DNA of 64,000 nucleotides from Podarcis vaucheri (Eukaryota). The stretch lies in assembly GCA_965113315.1 (NCBI GenBank), contig OZ220370.1; one strand, given 5' to 3'. The translations under genes and the position numbers were made by a program. The notes under the pieces are model-generated. The model worked only from the letters and a program-made list of their open reading frames with translations. It was not told the DNA's origin and did not search any database. This document shows, in pieces, positions 51,913 through 64,000 of the stretch (position 1 is the first letter of the stretch; each line of letters starts with the position of its first letter).

Positions 51913-54900
51913 CTGGGTGTCAGTGAAGTGGAACAGCAGGAAGGGAAAGGACATACAGGGGGAAGAAAAAACATGGTTAGGAAAACGTGACAGCAGACCG
52001 TATGCAATCCAGGCCAACTTATTGTGGAAGTGGCTGCATCACTTCGGACTGTAAATAGGAGCAAGACTGAAAACAAATCTGTGCAAACGAATGAAGAATA
52101 AAGCCCCTCAATATAGAAAATCAGATGTCAGTGTTATTTCTGGACCATCCGTCTTTAAAAAAAGGGAATCTGAAGGAAATTAAGCCACTGCAAAATCACT
52201 GGGCTTTCGTAGTAGTTACTGCACTTGCCTTGGGATTTGCCACTCACCTGCCCACCTGCATTAAGTTTCAACTGCCTTTGGGTATCTTTCTAAATGGCAA
52301 ACTGAGCCTGTGCCACATAGGATGCTCCCCCCCCCCAACCAATCATGTGAATATTGCTTTCTTTTTCTCCTAGCCTTAAAGGCACTTTAAAGCTAAAAAA
52401 AGGAAAGAGTTGTTCTTTTGTGCAAATGCCATTACAAACATCTGCAGTCAAATTAATGCCCCCACTGCACCACACAGATCTGCTTCAAACTGGATTTGAG
52501 GTCACTGTTGTGGTAGCTATTACTGTTGTGCTACACACCCTACAGAACGTACTTTGTGCCCTCGGTTTCCTATCTAAAGATATTATGGTTTCTTGATCAG
52601 CATTTATGCAATATCCAGGATCGATCTGTAGTTACTGCATTTATCAAGCAGCCATGTGATGCATACACCAGCCCAAAACCTGTCCATAGAAGCTCAGATT
52701 TATCAAAAGGATAATTCATAGGTTGGTGGACTGCAGGTTAGTGGGATCTATTTTGCTTTTAAGTGGTGCTGAGAGATGCACTAACAGGAGCTTGGTACAA
52801 AAGACATACCCTCAGAATTAAAGAATTCTGAGCCTCCAAATTTGTTGTGAGTATCACAGCTAAAATAAGAGTTTGCAGTTCTTCCACACAAAAATCCACT
52901 TCTGGTTACCCCAAGCTATCTTAATTTCTGCAGCATAATTTAGGATTTTGGTGCCGGGGTGGGGTGTGGGGTGAGGCATCATTTTGTTGCTGCTATTGTT
53001 AAACATTTGGGAGTCAATTGTTTGCCAGATCTACTTAGCTGCTGATCTATTTAACAGCAAGTCATTCAGTGATAGATCCTGCAGACCTATCTTCTGCCCA
53101 CCCCTGGAGTAATTAATTTGTGCTCATTATCTGATGTCAAAGTGCCTTTACAAAGCTGACAAAGTCTCTTACTGGCAAAAAATGATAATGGAATAATGCT
53201 TCAACTTTGGCAAGTCATTGCAGGGAGGGAGGGGAGGCACAGAGAGTGGCGTGATTGCTGCAGGTGAAAGTAGCCCTTCCATGTTTTGTCAAGGAGTGCG
53301 TGCTTTCAGGCAACACAAAAACAGGGCCAAACCAACTCTGGGTTTAATGAGGCTTGGTAGCTTTTCTTGAGCAATTTTATGATATCTGACCCTTAAGAAA
53401 AGGAGGCGACTGCTACGGATTTTGTGCTCGTTGTAAAATGTTCAAGATCAGCAAAATGATAGAGCCTTTTTCCCCAGGGGAATGAACCAAGGAGAAAAAC
53501 AAACACACACACACACTACATAAAACCCCCTTTATCTGCTGGCAAGGGGTAGACAAATACATAGCTTTCTACCTGCCATAAAGATTACAGAAAACCAAAG
53601 GCCATCTCAGAAGGACAGTATCTGAGATAATAAACTGATGAAGCTAACAACTCATATTTAATTAGGACACCGCTAAACGGGTTACAAACCTATCACACAT
53701 TTCTGAAATTTGGTGTGCCATCAGCAAAGTAGCATTTTATTTAGACCAAACAAAGGTAGCAATGCAGTATGCAAACTTTGGAGCTATACAGAACTGTTCC
53801 TCAGGTATGAAGTACACGGAAAGCTGTGAGAATGGGGTTTTTTTGTATTGTGGCTCTTGCTTGAAGTTTGTTTACATTTTAAGGTGGTGGTGAAGGATTT
53901 CTTGCAGCTACAATTTGTTTAAAACCTCACTATCTATTAAGTTTCATCTTGCACAGAGGTAATAAAAGATAAAAAGAGTAATGGAAGAGTTTATTTCATG
54001 TTAGCTAATCACCTGTAATATTCCATATGAAAAAATCTGAGAAACCTTCCTGAAGGTTTTGTATGAAAAGGGGGAAAGAAAGTCCCTTCCAGCACCATTT
54101 CATTAGTCAAATGATATGATGGAAAACTACAAATGTCCAATCTAACGCTCGAGCTTCTAGTTTTAATTAAAAACAGGTAGCACTTTTTACAAGAATCTGA
54201 TGAACATCATAGTTCACAAAGGTCTGTACTGCTACCTAGTCATGATTCCTAAACAGACAGATACACCACCTTGCCTGAGGCGAGAATGAAGGCCAAGGCA
54301 TCCCTTGGCCAAAAGATAAAATGAAATAAGTAATAATTGTTTTGAGTTTTAGTTTTCCACACACAAAAAGAAGACACCATGCTGCATAAATTGCTGAAGG
54401 CTTGTTAGCTGCCTTGTTGGTTCAAACCCCTTTCAATTCTGCAGGTTTTACGTGGTTAAAAGCTAAGGAGAAAGGGTCGCTTTGGGAAATATGTATGATG
54501 AACACTGCAGCTTAGATAACTCTGTACCAGGGAACACATACCAAGCAGTCTTCAGAATTACAAACTGAAGTATAAGCCCCAGTTTAAAGTTACTGCAAAT
54601 ATCCAGTGCAATGTATGTGCATGTTGGCTAAGCAGCCTGTTTGTAAGATACGTTGCACACAGCATAAGAGCTAGATAGAGGCAAGCGTTTACTGCAAGGG
54701 CTGGTTCCCAAGCTCATCGAAACCACATGCAGTGGAGTATCAGGACCATGTGTACAATTATACTGCAATTAAGATATTAAATTCATCATCCTAGGGTGTA
54801 TATGAATGTATTCTATAAGTGGGGCATTTGGACAAGCCTGGTGCCCTGCCAGATATAGAAGCTATCACCAGTTTGGCAAATGCATGAACCCAGGAAAACA

Positions 54901-57220
54901 TTTGAAAGCAGCTTCTGCAGAACATCCTCAGCAAACTTTTACACGCACAGAGTCCTTAAACACTTGACATATGTGCTTACAATTTCCAGGGCTAGCCTTT
55001 GCCAACTGTTTTCTGACTGTGGTTTTTTGTTAGTTTTACACTGAAAAATCCAAAACTTATGCATCCTTTCAGAACTCATTGAAGTTATTTTCTATGCTGG
55101 AAAGCTGGTTCTTCTAGTCATCAAATTATGAGATTTGGTAGAATGCAGATTATTTGACAGAGAAATGAGCAAACTGATATTTCACTGTCAATGATTTCAA
55201 GATTTTAATTTGTTTTCATTGGTCCTTGCAATGAGGGAAGCTTCAAACAGTGTCAGGCTGCTCAGTATATAAAAGCACTAAAGAGCTCATTCTCTTAAAT
55301 TTGACATTTACTACACTTCTTTGACTCATGACATTATTAATACAGCTCTACTTTGTAAGACTGGATTTCTTTCATAACATGCTTGCTATATATGAACCAT
55401 AACGATAAGGAATGGAAGTTTATTTTGAGTTCAACTTTGCAAGGAGGGGGGAGGGAAAGAACCCTCTTTTGAATCTAGATAAAATAAAAACTGTCAGAAG
55501 GAATGGCATTTACACAGCATTTCAAATACTAATGCTATAGAATCCTTATATCAACTCAGTGGTTGGATATAGAACACGCTCAGTAAGTCTTGGGCTCACA
55601 TACTCCCTTGCAGAACACCAGAAGCTTCCACTTCCATCTGAAATTAATGGCAGAACTTGGGACAAACTAAGGTTAATCTTAACCACTGTTAGCTGAAACA
55701 AGCCGGCTTCACAAACTATGGTTTGAAGTTTGCTTGTTTCAAGAATCGGTAATTAAGAATAACTTCAGTTTATCTCGTCTCAGACTACATATCAAGTGAC
55801 AGATACTGTAAAAGAGAAGCAACACTTTCCAAGCTCCTCCTCAAAGCTGTGCTAGAGAAGGATGAAGAAAGTGTGAGCCCAAGACTCACTCATTCTTCGA
55901 ACGTTAAATCATCTGTAGTGTGGCTAAATATACACATGCATACAGTTTTAATCAGACACACAAGGTCAGTTTCACAACTAAAGCGTTTCACATCAACTAT
56001 CATCTATTGCCTTTTAACAAATTATCTTATTGATTAGCTTTAATAAATGTTTCATACAACCAAAATATCAATATGCTAAAGGAGTTACTAAAGGAAATGT
56101 TGTATCATAAAGGCTGGAATCCTACTTATCATTAGGCTGCTTACATTCCACTGAAGTCAAAGGCTGCCAATTACAATTTATTTTTACTACAACTTGCCAG
56201 TTAATTTAAAACACTATTTCTTATTCCTGGAAGAAAATACCCATCTTCACTATTTTTTTTTTAAATTTCCAGAATGAAAATCAGCTTCAAAAATAAAACA
56301 ACTGTGGCCATCTCTCAGCCCTAGCAATTAAAATTTGACCTCATCAATTAAAACTGACCTCCGCAATTACACTGATTAAAGCTTGCAACTGTAACAGGAG
56401 CTCTAGCAAATTTATTAAATTTTAAAATTGCTTAGGAACAACAGATTAAAAGGGACCTTCTTCCAAAGAATAAAGAGTATTCTAAAGGGAATTGTTGTTT
56501 CACCAAATAGTATGCCACTTTTAAAAACATACAACCATGTGCATCCTATCTGATAGCAGAAAGCAAACCAACTCAATTAAATAATCAAACACAGCAGAGG
56601 TACCTGCTGAGTAAGTTTACAAAACTGCCATTTTGCTACAAACTACACTTCAATGCTTGTCATCCAAGATTTGTTAAATGCCTGAAGATTGATGAAAATT
56701 TGTAATTTTGGTGATTTAGCTATTTGAACTGAAATCACTTAATCAAAGTTGACTGGGGTGGCGTGTGAGGAATGTTTAAGGAGAAGAGAGTTATTAAACC
56801 AAATTGTTAACTTGTTTGCACCGCTGTGCGTCATTGCTACACACACCTTGCTAGGAAAACACCAGAAAACCCTACTGTAATGCAGACTGGGGACACTTCA
56901 ATGAGCATGACTACACCATTTTCTTTAGGCATAACGTGAGGTAGCCTTGAAACATGAGCAGATATGCCTCTTTTGCTCTAGGAGAAATAAAACAACATTT
57001 CTCTATAGCCAGCAAAGAAGGATCAACATGTTGAAGTGAAGCATAACAGGGAAACAGCTCAGTATGCAGCTGCACTGGACCTGGCTTATGAATCAGCTAT
57101 GAATGAAGCCTAGTGTCCTGCAGTTTTCAGAGGAGGCCTGTCAATCTGAGAAGGAACTGATGCTCAAAATAGGAACCTGCTATAAATTGGGAAAAGAACA
57201 GAACACAACAAAGGACTCAC

Positions 57221-58250
57221 CTATGAGTGGAAGCTCATCCATTGTAATGCCCTGAGATTTGAGGTGCTTCTTGATACAGGCCAGCCGCTGCACATTGGGC
57301 CCCCAGCGCCTGCTCAGCTTGTGAATGTGTTGTATTTGCGTCACAAAGCGCATTTCTTCATTCAGCTTGCACTCGGGCCTCCAGTCGGGAGGAGGGATCA
57401 CCCTGCACATCCCATACTTCTCAACCTGAGCACGGATCGACTCGATGTATATCAACGGGTCATGGAACTCCTTTGGGGAAGGCTTGAAGATAGGGATCTC
57501 CTCCATCATGGCCCACCCAGACTTGACGCTGACCTTCTCGTGCTTCCCCGTTGAGTCATGTGGCTTGTGCAAGGACTCGGTTTGAGAGGTAGAATGATTT
57601 TCACAGGAGGCATTTTCAGTTTTGCTATGTGCTTGTTTCCCTGGCATGTTCTTCCCAGCAGCAGCTCTCTTCGGCCTGTTTCTTTCCAGACTTTTCTGTG
57701 GCACTTCCTGACTTCCAGGCTTCTTCACGTGGCCGTTCAGCAAAGGCTTCTCCGCAGGCGCCTTTTTGCTTGGGGCTTCAGCCACGCTGACTGGCCCCTT
57801 TAGCTTCTTGGTCGGCGACTGTGTTTTGTCTATGTGGTTTGCCTCTTCCAGTCTCCTTTTTGAATTGCGCAGCCCCTCCCTCAACTGCCTCCCTACCTCC
57901 TTAGTGCATGTCTTTTGGTTCAACTTGCCATTGACCTTGACACCATTAACAGCGGTGTTGTTGGGCTTGGCCACTCCAAGAGATAGCACCTGTTTGCGGG
58001 TTTTTGCATTGCTACTTTCCGTTTTCCCTGAGATTGTATGGTTGACAGGTGAACTGGGCTTGTGGTGATTTAGTTTGGTTTCCTTGACCAGTTCTTTCTT
58101 GGCTTTGGTGTATGTGACAGTTCCTTTTGTCACTGTTGCAGTGTACTTCACAGTTTTGGACGGTGAAGGTCTGACTTCTCTCATCTTTTTGGCACTGGCT
58201 GTGTTTGCACTCGGAGATGACATTCGAGTGACACCATTGACCTTTGAAAC
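57221..58250 (-). CDS. JARID2: JARID2 large exon (exon 7 equivalent; basic region, JmjN, ARID start)
   Basis: CCCTAG|GTT TCA AAG GTC AAT ... ATA G|GTGAGT; 1030 nt; [35 protein letters not shown] is JmjN; upstream exons lie beyond the window. Confidence 0.97.
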
Positions 58251-58736
58251 CTAGGGATGCCAGGACCATCAGGAGGAAGAAGAGACAAAACAGGAGGGGG
58301 GAAACCAATTAGTAAAAATTCACAATAAGCCTCAGGCCCTCTAAAAACTGATCTGAGAGGGAAATATATGCTTTGCAGCCTTTCAACAACATTAAGTCAC
58401 ATTATTCAATGTATTGGACTTCACTCAGTGGAGAGCAGAATCAGTCTCTTTTTAAAGCAAATAAAGACAGAAATATAAAACAAGGCTTTGAAGTGTGGGT
58501 GTATCTTTAGTCATCTGATGCTGTCTACTCTGAGTGAGAGTGCATCTATACCCAGTCTCTGCTTCATAATGAGGCTGTGCATGATGGCTTGTTCTGTGGT
58601 TTGACTCTGGGAGGGGCCTGCCGCCCTCTCCCAGGGCCCTGGACGTGCTGCTGCCATGCCTCATTTCTGTCACTGCTTCCCATTTCTGAACTTTTCTGGC
58701 TCTGTAGATGTATTGTGCGTGCTTGCTGATGCATAA

Positions 58737-59058
58737 GACCCCATCTGCACTATATATTTAAAGCAGTGTCGTACCACTTTAAACAGCCAGAGCTTCCTCA
58801 AAAAAAAATCATTGCCACTTGCAGTTTGTTAAAAGCGCTGAGAATTGTTAAGAGACCTCTATTCACCAGAACGACAATTCTCAGTGTGGTTCAACAGTCC
58901 ATCCCTCTTCCTAGGGAACTCTGGGAATTGTAGCTCTGTGAATGGAACAGGAGTCTCAGGACAATTCCCAGCTACAGTTCCCAGGATTCTTTGGGGGGGG
59001 GGGCACAACTGCTTAAAGTTATATGATACTGATTTCAAGGTATAGCGCAGATGGGGTC
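58737..59058. mobile_element. Palindromic PIF/Harbinger-like MITE
   Basis: TAA|GACCCCATCTGCACTATA ... TATAGCGCAGATGGGGTC|TTA; long imperfect internal inverted symmetry. Confidence 0.7.
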
Positions 59059-60282
59059 TTAAAACTGTCACCGTTCAGAAATACGCACAGCTTGAAAATA
59101 TGGCAGGGGCAAAAGTAAGGATGCCTGGCAGCAGCAAACGATACAACAACTGGGCGGATCCAAATTCTCAAATCTGTTTTGGGGCAAAAGTTTCCATATT
59201 CCATATTGGAATTATTCCAGTCTATGTCTATTTGAGCCACATGCACACAGCTCCACTGGGTGACCCAATGGGAACTGATGCTCCTCGCTTTTCATTTCAA
59301 CCAATCCTCCTTTTCCAATATTAACCCCCTTTCCCCACCCAATCCCCATCTACCAAGGTGTCTACTCATTTGCCTTCTAAACTTATTTGAACTTAAACAC
59401 AAGCAAACTTAATAACCACTAATAACGGAAAATTACCAGAATCTCTCACTATTTTACTGCCATAAAATAGTAAGATTCACAAGTGTGCACACAATTATAT
59501 CAAATATGCACCCAAGAGATTAGCATGGCTCTGAAGAATCCCACTTCCAGAATTATATTATAGCCAGGAGGTACAAAATGTAATTCAGTAGTTATGTGCA
59601 GATTCTATATCCGCCCCCACAAGAAGTTTGATGTCTAGGAAGTTTTGTTTTTATTTAACAGCAAGTTCCTGAAATAGTTAGTTGCAAATGACAGGACCCA
59701 CAGCTAACAAGTTTCATTGATTTCAATGGGAATTTGTTGCAATTTATCATTTGTTGAATTTCCCCAAACATTTCTTAACTGTATAATTTATTAATTATGA
59801 ATTTGTAAATGTATGGATTTTTTATGGGGAGAGAAAAACCAGGTTTACATGTTTCAACTTTGTGTTATAGAACTGCTGAAGCCCAGTACTTGTTAAGAGA
59901 CAGCAAACAGATATCCCAAAAAATGCAGTGGCGTAACAAACATTATACAGCAACCATGCAACACATCTTTCCAACTGTGCTTATTATTTGGTCAATAGAG
60001 CACCAAGCAAGAATTAATGTGAGCGCGCATGTGCAATGTTTAGCCTCATGTACTATTTCTTGTTTAGTGGCACCAGGAACCATAAACCTGAACCTTTATT
60101 CTCCAAAGGCTGTGCTTCTCTTTCCTACTACTGCCAGCTCTAAGAAAGGCAACCCAGTGCCTCCCAAAAGGTTCAGTGGCATGAAGCTGTGTGGAAGCTA
60201 CAGCACCTCTGGGGCAATGAGAAGCCACATCTTCCAAATTTCTTCCTGCCATGCAGCTACAGAGGATGCAGAAACCTCTGAA

Positions 60283-60540
60283 CAGTGGCAGGGCTAGCTG
60301 CTCGGGCACCCGGAGCGGCGCTCATGCCGTGCACCCGGGGCCAGGGCGATCTGCCCATGGGGCAGGCTGATCAGCGTGGCAGCGGTCCGCCCAGGGGGTT
60401 GATCAGCGTGGTGGTGGTCCGCCTTGGGGGGCGGGAGGCGATTGCTGCAGTGGCAATCCGCCCAGGGTTTTTTTGTCACCCCCCCCCCGGGATGGCACCC
60501 GAGATGGACCACCCTCACCACCTCCCTTCCTACGCCCCTG
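60283..60540. mobile_element. GC-rich hAT-like MITE
   Basis: CAGTGGCAGGGCTAG ... CCTACGCCCCTG termini; decayed 8-bp TSD (CCTCTGAA/TCTCCGAG); internal ~30-bp direct repeat TGATCAGCGTGG..GGTCCGCC. Confidence 0.6.
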
Positions 60541-60862
60541 TCTCCGAGGGAGTGGTTTGCAATCCTAATCACATATTTCACTTATGTTTATTTGGAATAG
60601 GATGGTGTTCAGCAAGGAAAGCTACTCAGAAGGGCTACCTAGAAAGAAGTAGACATCTGTAAATGCATAAAACTCTGTTTTCCAGCCAATGAGGAACAGC
60701 ACATTAGGACACAAAGGCCTAGAATGTATTCCTAGAATGTAGAAGGGATTGAAACATGCCGTTAAGCCATTCTTAAAACACAGCAAGTTTGCTTGCTTCA
60801 AAGAGTCAGGTGATAGGATACTTGTTAGAACACAATGTACAACAGTTAAAGCAAACTGACTA

Positions 60863-61047
60863 CAGTCATACCTCCGCTTACGTATCCCTCTGGATACGTA
60901 AACTGGGATGCGAACGCGGCAAACCCGGAAGTATTTTTCTGGGTTTCGCCGCGCATGCATGTGCAGAAGCGGTCCTCCGGTTGCAAATTCCTCAGGATGC
61001 GGCCCGACCTCTGTAATGGATCCTGTTCGCAACCGGGGGTACCACTG
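60863..61047. mobile_element. Tigger-like MITE related to 1962-2165
   Basis: TA|CAGTCATACCTCCG ... CGGGGGTACCACTG|TA; shares GGTTTCGCCGCGC..GCAT core with 1962-2165. Confidence 0.85.
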
Positions 61048-61430
61048 TATTTATAGAAGAAAGGGGAAGCCACAACTAATCAAAAATATTTTAAATTAAC
61101 ACTGCTTTACAATTCTGTATTTGGTCCCCCGTTTATAAACAGCTTTGCATTTCCCCCTCTGTAAGCTTTACTACACCTAATACCACACAGGTATCTAGTA
61201 TTCATGCCCTTTTCATTGGATGTGCTACAGTCATGATTTCATTATCTCCTACGAGATGCAAATGGCTTAAGCAGGAACCTTAGCATAGCTATCTTTCGTG
61301 AAAGTGTAGTCAGGTTTTGCTAAAATCTAAGGAACAGCCCGTATTGGGCACATATGTTAAATGTGGGGTGCCTGATACGACGGCATAGGAAGACTTCATG
61401 TGACGTCACAGAACATTCCATAGCTTCGGA

Positions 61431-61557
61431 ATGACTGTGGCTCAGGGGCAGATCATCTGCTCTGAGTGCAGAAGGTCCCAGGTTCACTCCCCAGCATTTC
61501 TCCAAGTAGGGCTGGGAAAACCAACGACCTGGGCTCAGTATAAGACAGCTTCCAATG
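61431..61557 (+). mobile_element. tRNA(Ala)-like-head SINE, internally deleted
   Basis: GCTCAGGGGCAGATCATCTGC...GGTCCCAGGTTCACTCCCCAGCATTTCTCCA head; TCAGTATAAGACAGCTTCC tail. Confidence 0.6.
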
Positions 61558-61596
61558 CTCCCGTGACTCAAGCATATTTTACACCACATCAACATT

Positions 61597-61734
61597 AGCC
61601 TGGATAGCTCAGCTGGTTACAGGGGGGTGCTGATAACACTATGGATGCAGGTTCAATCCCTGTGTGGGACAGCTGCATATTCCTGCACTGCAGGGGGTTG
61701 GGCCCCTTTCAACTGTACAAGTCTATGATTCTAT
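61597..61734 (+). mobile_element. tRNA(Ile)-like-head SINE with CR1-derived tail
   Basis: TAGCTCAGCTGGTTA..GTGCTGATAAC..GGTTCAATCCC head; TTCCTGCACTGCAGGGGGTTGG..CCCTTTCAACT..CTATGATTCTA tail. Confidence 0.7.
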
Positions 61735-63024
61735 AAACCAGTGCCAGAACTGAAGGCTTACAAACTCACCAGCCTCAGCTCCTAATAAGACACATCCTCA
61801 CTGCCACGTACGGAGGCACACACAGCATTTCTATAAAAATTCCCTCTTAACTCTACCCCTGGCAGCTTGATCCAATAACCTTATAAACACAGTTAGTTTG
61901 CTTCTCACAGAGCTTCAGCAGTTGGGGAATGTAACTTTCCCCCTAATGAAATACTATTGTTTCAGGCTCTCTCTCCCCCCCCCCCATTTCCTTCATTTTG
62001 GTGACATGACCAAAGAAACACACGTTTTAAAAACACACTCCGACAAACATTTGACATGTATTTGGAGTCAGAGGTGATGCTGCTCTTATCTAAGGGGGTT
62101 ACAAGAACAGACAGACAGTTCAGGAGGGGAAGAACGAGGTCAGGGGAGAAGGGTCAGCACTCAGCAGAGAATCAAGCAACAGCAGTGGTGAAACGAGGCT
62201 GGACCAGGAAGGTAAGTTGCGGAAACGAAGATCTTGGTAAGCACCTTGAAGGAAACAAGCAAAGGTTGTGTCAGAGCAACATTAGAAGACGGGGAGGAGG
62301 CAGGCAGGCAGGCAGGCAGGCAAGCATACTGAACATGATTTTGGAAAAACAGTGAAAAGGAGAGAGGCAAGCGGAAGTAAAGGGAATTAAATTTTCTAAA
62401 TTGTGAACAAGGAGGTAGGTCCCCCTTTTAAAAAAAAAATGCTTTTGAAATGGAGAGATTAAAACTCTCGGGAGGACTGTATACTGGTTCCTTTGAAACA
62501 AATTTTGTGTCTGTTTTAACTGGCCTATGACTGAAACCAATGCAAAGTATATGTTTTAAGAATTTTAAAAGGATATATATGCTGCTTAATAATCAAAAAC
62601 CTCTAAGGGATTTACATGAAAGTAGGCATAGCAGTCTCAAAAAAAACAACAACCAGCTGTAGCCTCAAGAAAAGACTTCTGGATTGGGTAAGATTATATA
62701 GTGACAGAATCTCTATAACTAGTTTGGACCCTTGGAAAGCTGTCTCTCCCTCTCCCTCTCATACACATGCACACATACCTAAACATTCTCTCACACTTAA
62801 TTTCTTTGCCAGCTGTAAACTCTAATAAAAACTGCCAAGACAGAAACTTGTGATATTACATAGAGAATTTTAGAAACGGCAAACCATCGTGACCACTTAG
62901 GTGCAGAAAAGTACTTCAATAAAACCTCAAATGAGATCCTTCTGAGCCAGCTAAGAAACTGCATGGGTGCATATGTTTTACAAATACACACTTTTCAAGC
63001 TTCTAAAACAGTACATAGGAAGAC

Positions 63025-63160
63025 TGTGGAATAGCTCAGTCGGTAGGGAATGAGATTCTTAATCTCAGGGTTGTGGGTTTGAGCCCCATGTTGGGCAAAA
63101 AGATATATTCATTGCAGAGGACCATCATGGTCCCTTCCAACTCTACAATTCTGTGGTTCT
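63025..63160 (+). mobile_element. tRNA-Lys(CTT)-derived SINE with CR1-derived tail
   Basis: TAGCTCAGTCGGTAG..TGAGATTCTTAATCTCAGGGTTGTGGGTTTGAGCCCCATGTTGGGC closely follows tRNA-Lys-CTT; then GGTCCCTTCCAACTCTACAATTCT CR1 tail. Confidence 0.8.
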
Positions 63161-64000
63161 ACATCAGTATCTGAGAGCACATGGTGCATTCTCAATTTTC
63201 CATCTCTGCTTCCAAACAGAACGTTCCCCTCAACCAAGTGGTGACGTTAGAAGGAGACAATACTGGGACCAACTTAGCAGCTGGTGATTTTCCCCATCTG
63301 CTTACTATGGAATTTTTTTTCCCAGATACTTTACTCTCTCTCCAAAAATGAAGTCCATTGCATATCAATAATAGGGAAGAAAAATATTAGTCTAGTTTCT
63401 AGATTTCACACAGTTAACATGGTCTTTATTTTGCATAAAATTGCCTTAGAAGAAAGAGCCTTCCGGGTCCCAGGTGCAGAAGAGAGCAAAAGAAATTGCG
63501 GTACGCAGTTTCTTACCTTTCTACTGTTGACATGTCTCCCCCCATTAATCAAAAACACACAACCTTTGTGAGTCAGCCTATTAAATGTCTGCACTGCTGG
63601 CTGCGGAGCATCACCATAGAGGTTCTAGTCCCAGAGTTCCATCGTGAGGCAGTGCTTACACTGATCACACAAGAAAGAAGTCAATTTAATTTTAAGAAGA
63701 AGTAACAGTGATCAATCATTAGGCTTTATCACTTGTTACACAGTCTAAACTAATCAGAAGCACATGCACGCGCACACACAACTGATCTTTTTTGTTTTCT
63801 CCAACCAGACAAGTGGAACACATTCTGTCTTCACACAACTCTCACACTTGAATGTAAAAGCTAAGTGTTCTCTTAAACCGTTTTTTTTAAAGAAAGAAAG
63901 AAAAGAACCCTTAATATAAGGGGCCAACTCATAATCTTGCATCAATTGTATGACCTTCTCTTGCATAATCAATAGAGGGCCTCCTTGAGTTAGGTTTCCT

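Noticed and set aside
57264-58068. Antisense ORFs over JARID2 exon 7
   Set aside because: Expected shadow ORFs of a long coding exon; no independent coding signal
59809-60662. 162-aa and 125-aa + strand ORFs and a GC-rich patch that looks like a CpG island
   Set aside because: No recognisable domain; the GC-rich part is the hAT-like MITE 60283-60540
63025-63097. Apparent tRNA-Lys(CTT) gene
   Set aside because: Acceptor stem does not pair, D-stem and T-loop are mutated (GGTTTGA), and a CR1 tail follows: a SINE head, not a functional tRNA
58251-64000. Search for the next upstream JARID2 exon
   Set aside because: No minus-strand segment with JARID2-like coding and matching splice phase was recognised; it probably lies beyond the window

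Overview
Eukaryotic (vertebrate) genomic DNA, most likely from a lacertid-type lizard, judged from Sauria SINE, BovB, squamate L2/CR1 and lizard-type MITE content. The window holds the convergent 3' halves of two genes. DTNBP1 (dysbindin-1) is on the + strand: its last four coding exons lie at 2277-2299, 28870-29025, 30025-30168 and 30803-31041, with a 26.6-kb intron and one GC-AG intron. JARID2 is on the - strand: 12 coding exons from 58250 down to 33690 encode the JmjN, ARID, JmjC and C5HC2 zinc-finger regions, followed by a ~1.7-kb 3'UTR containing a 133-nt N gap. All exon phases join in frame. The poly(A) signals of the two genes face each other ~790 bp apart. The introns carry many transposon relics. 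There are no prokaryotic features, CRISPR arrays or true tRNA/rRNA genes, and most ORFs in the six-frame track are spurious. I found no wholly new multi-gene system. The best new candidate is an in-frame hidden DTNBP1 exon at ~7671-7713. It could act as an alternative first exon giving a 193-aa dysbindin lacking most of the N-terminal coiled-coil region, or as a 30-nt cassette microexon. Comparisons with human sequence are from memory and need checking by alignment; exon numbers follow the human genes as recalled.
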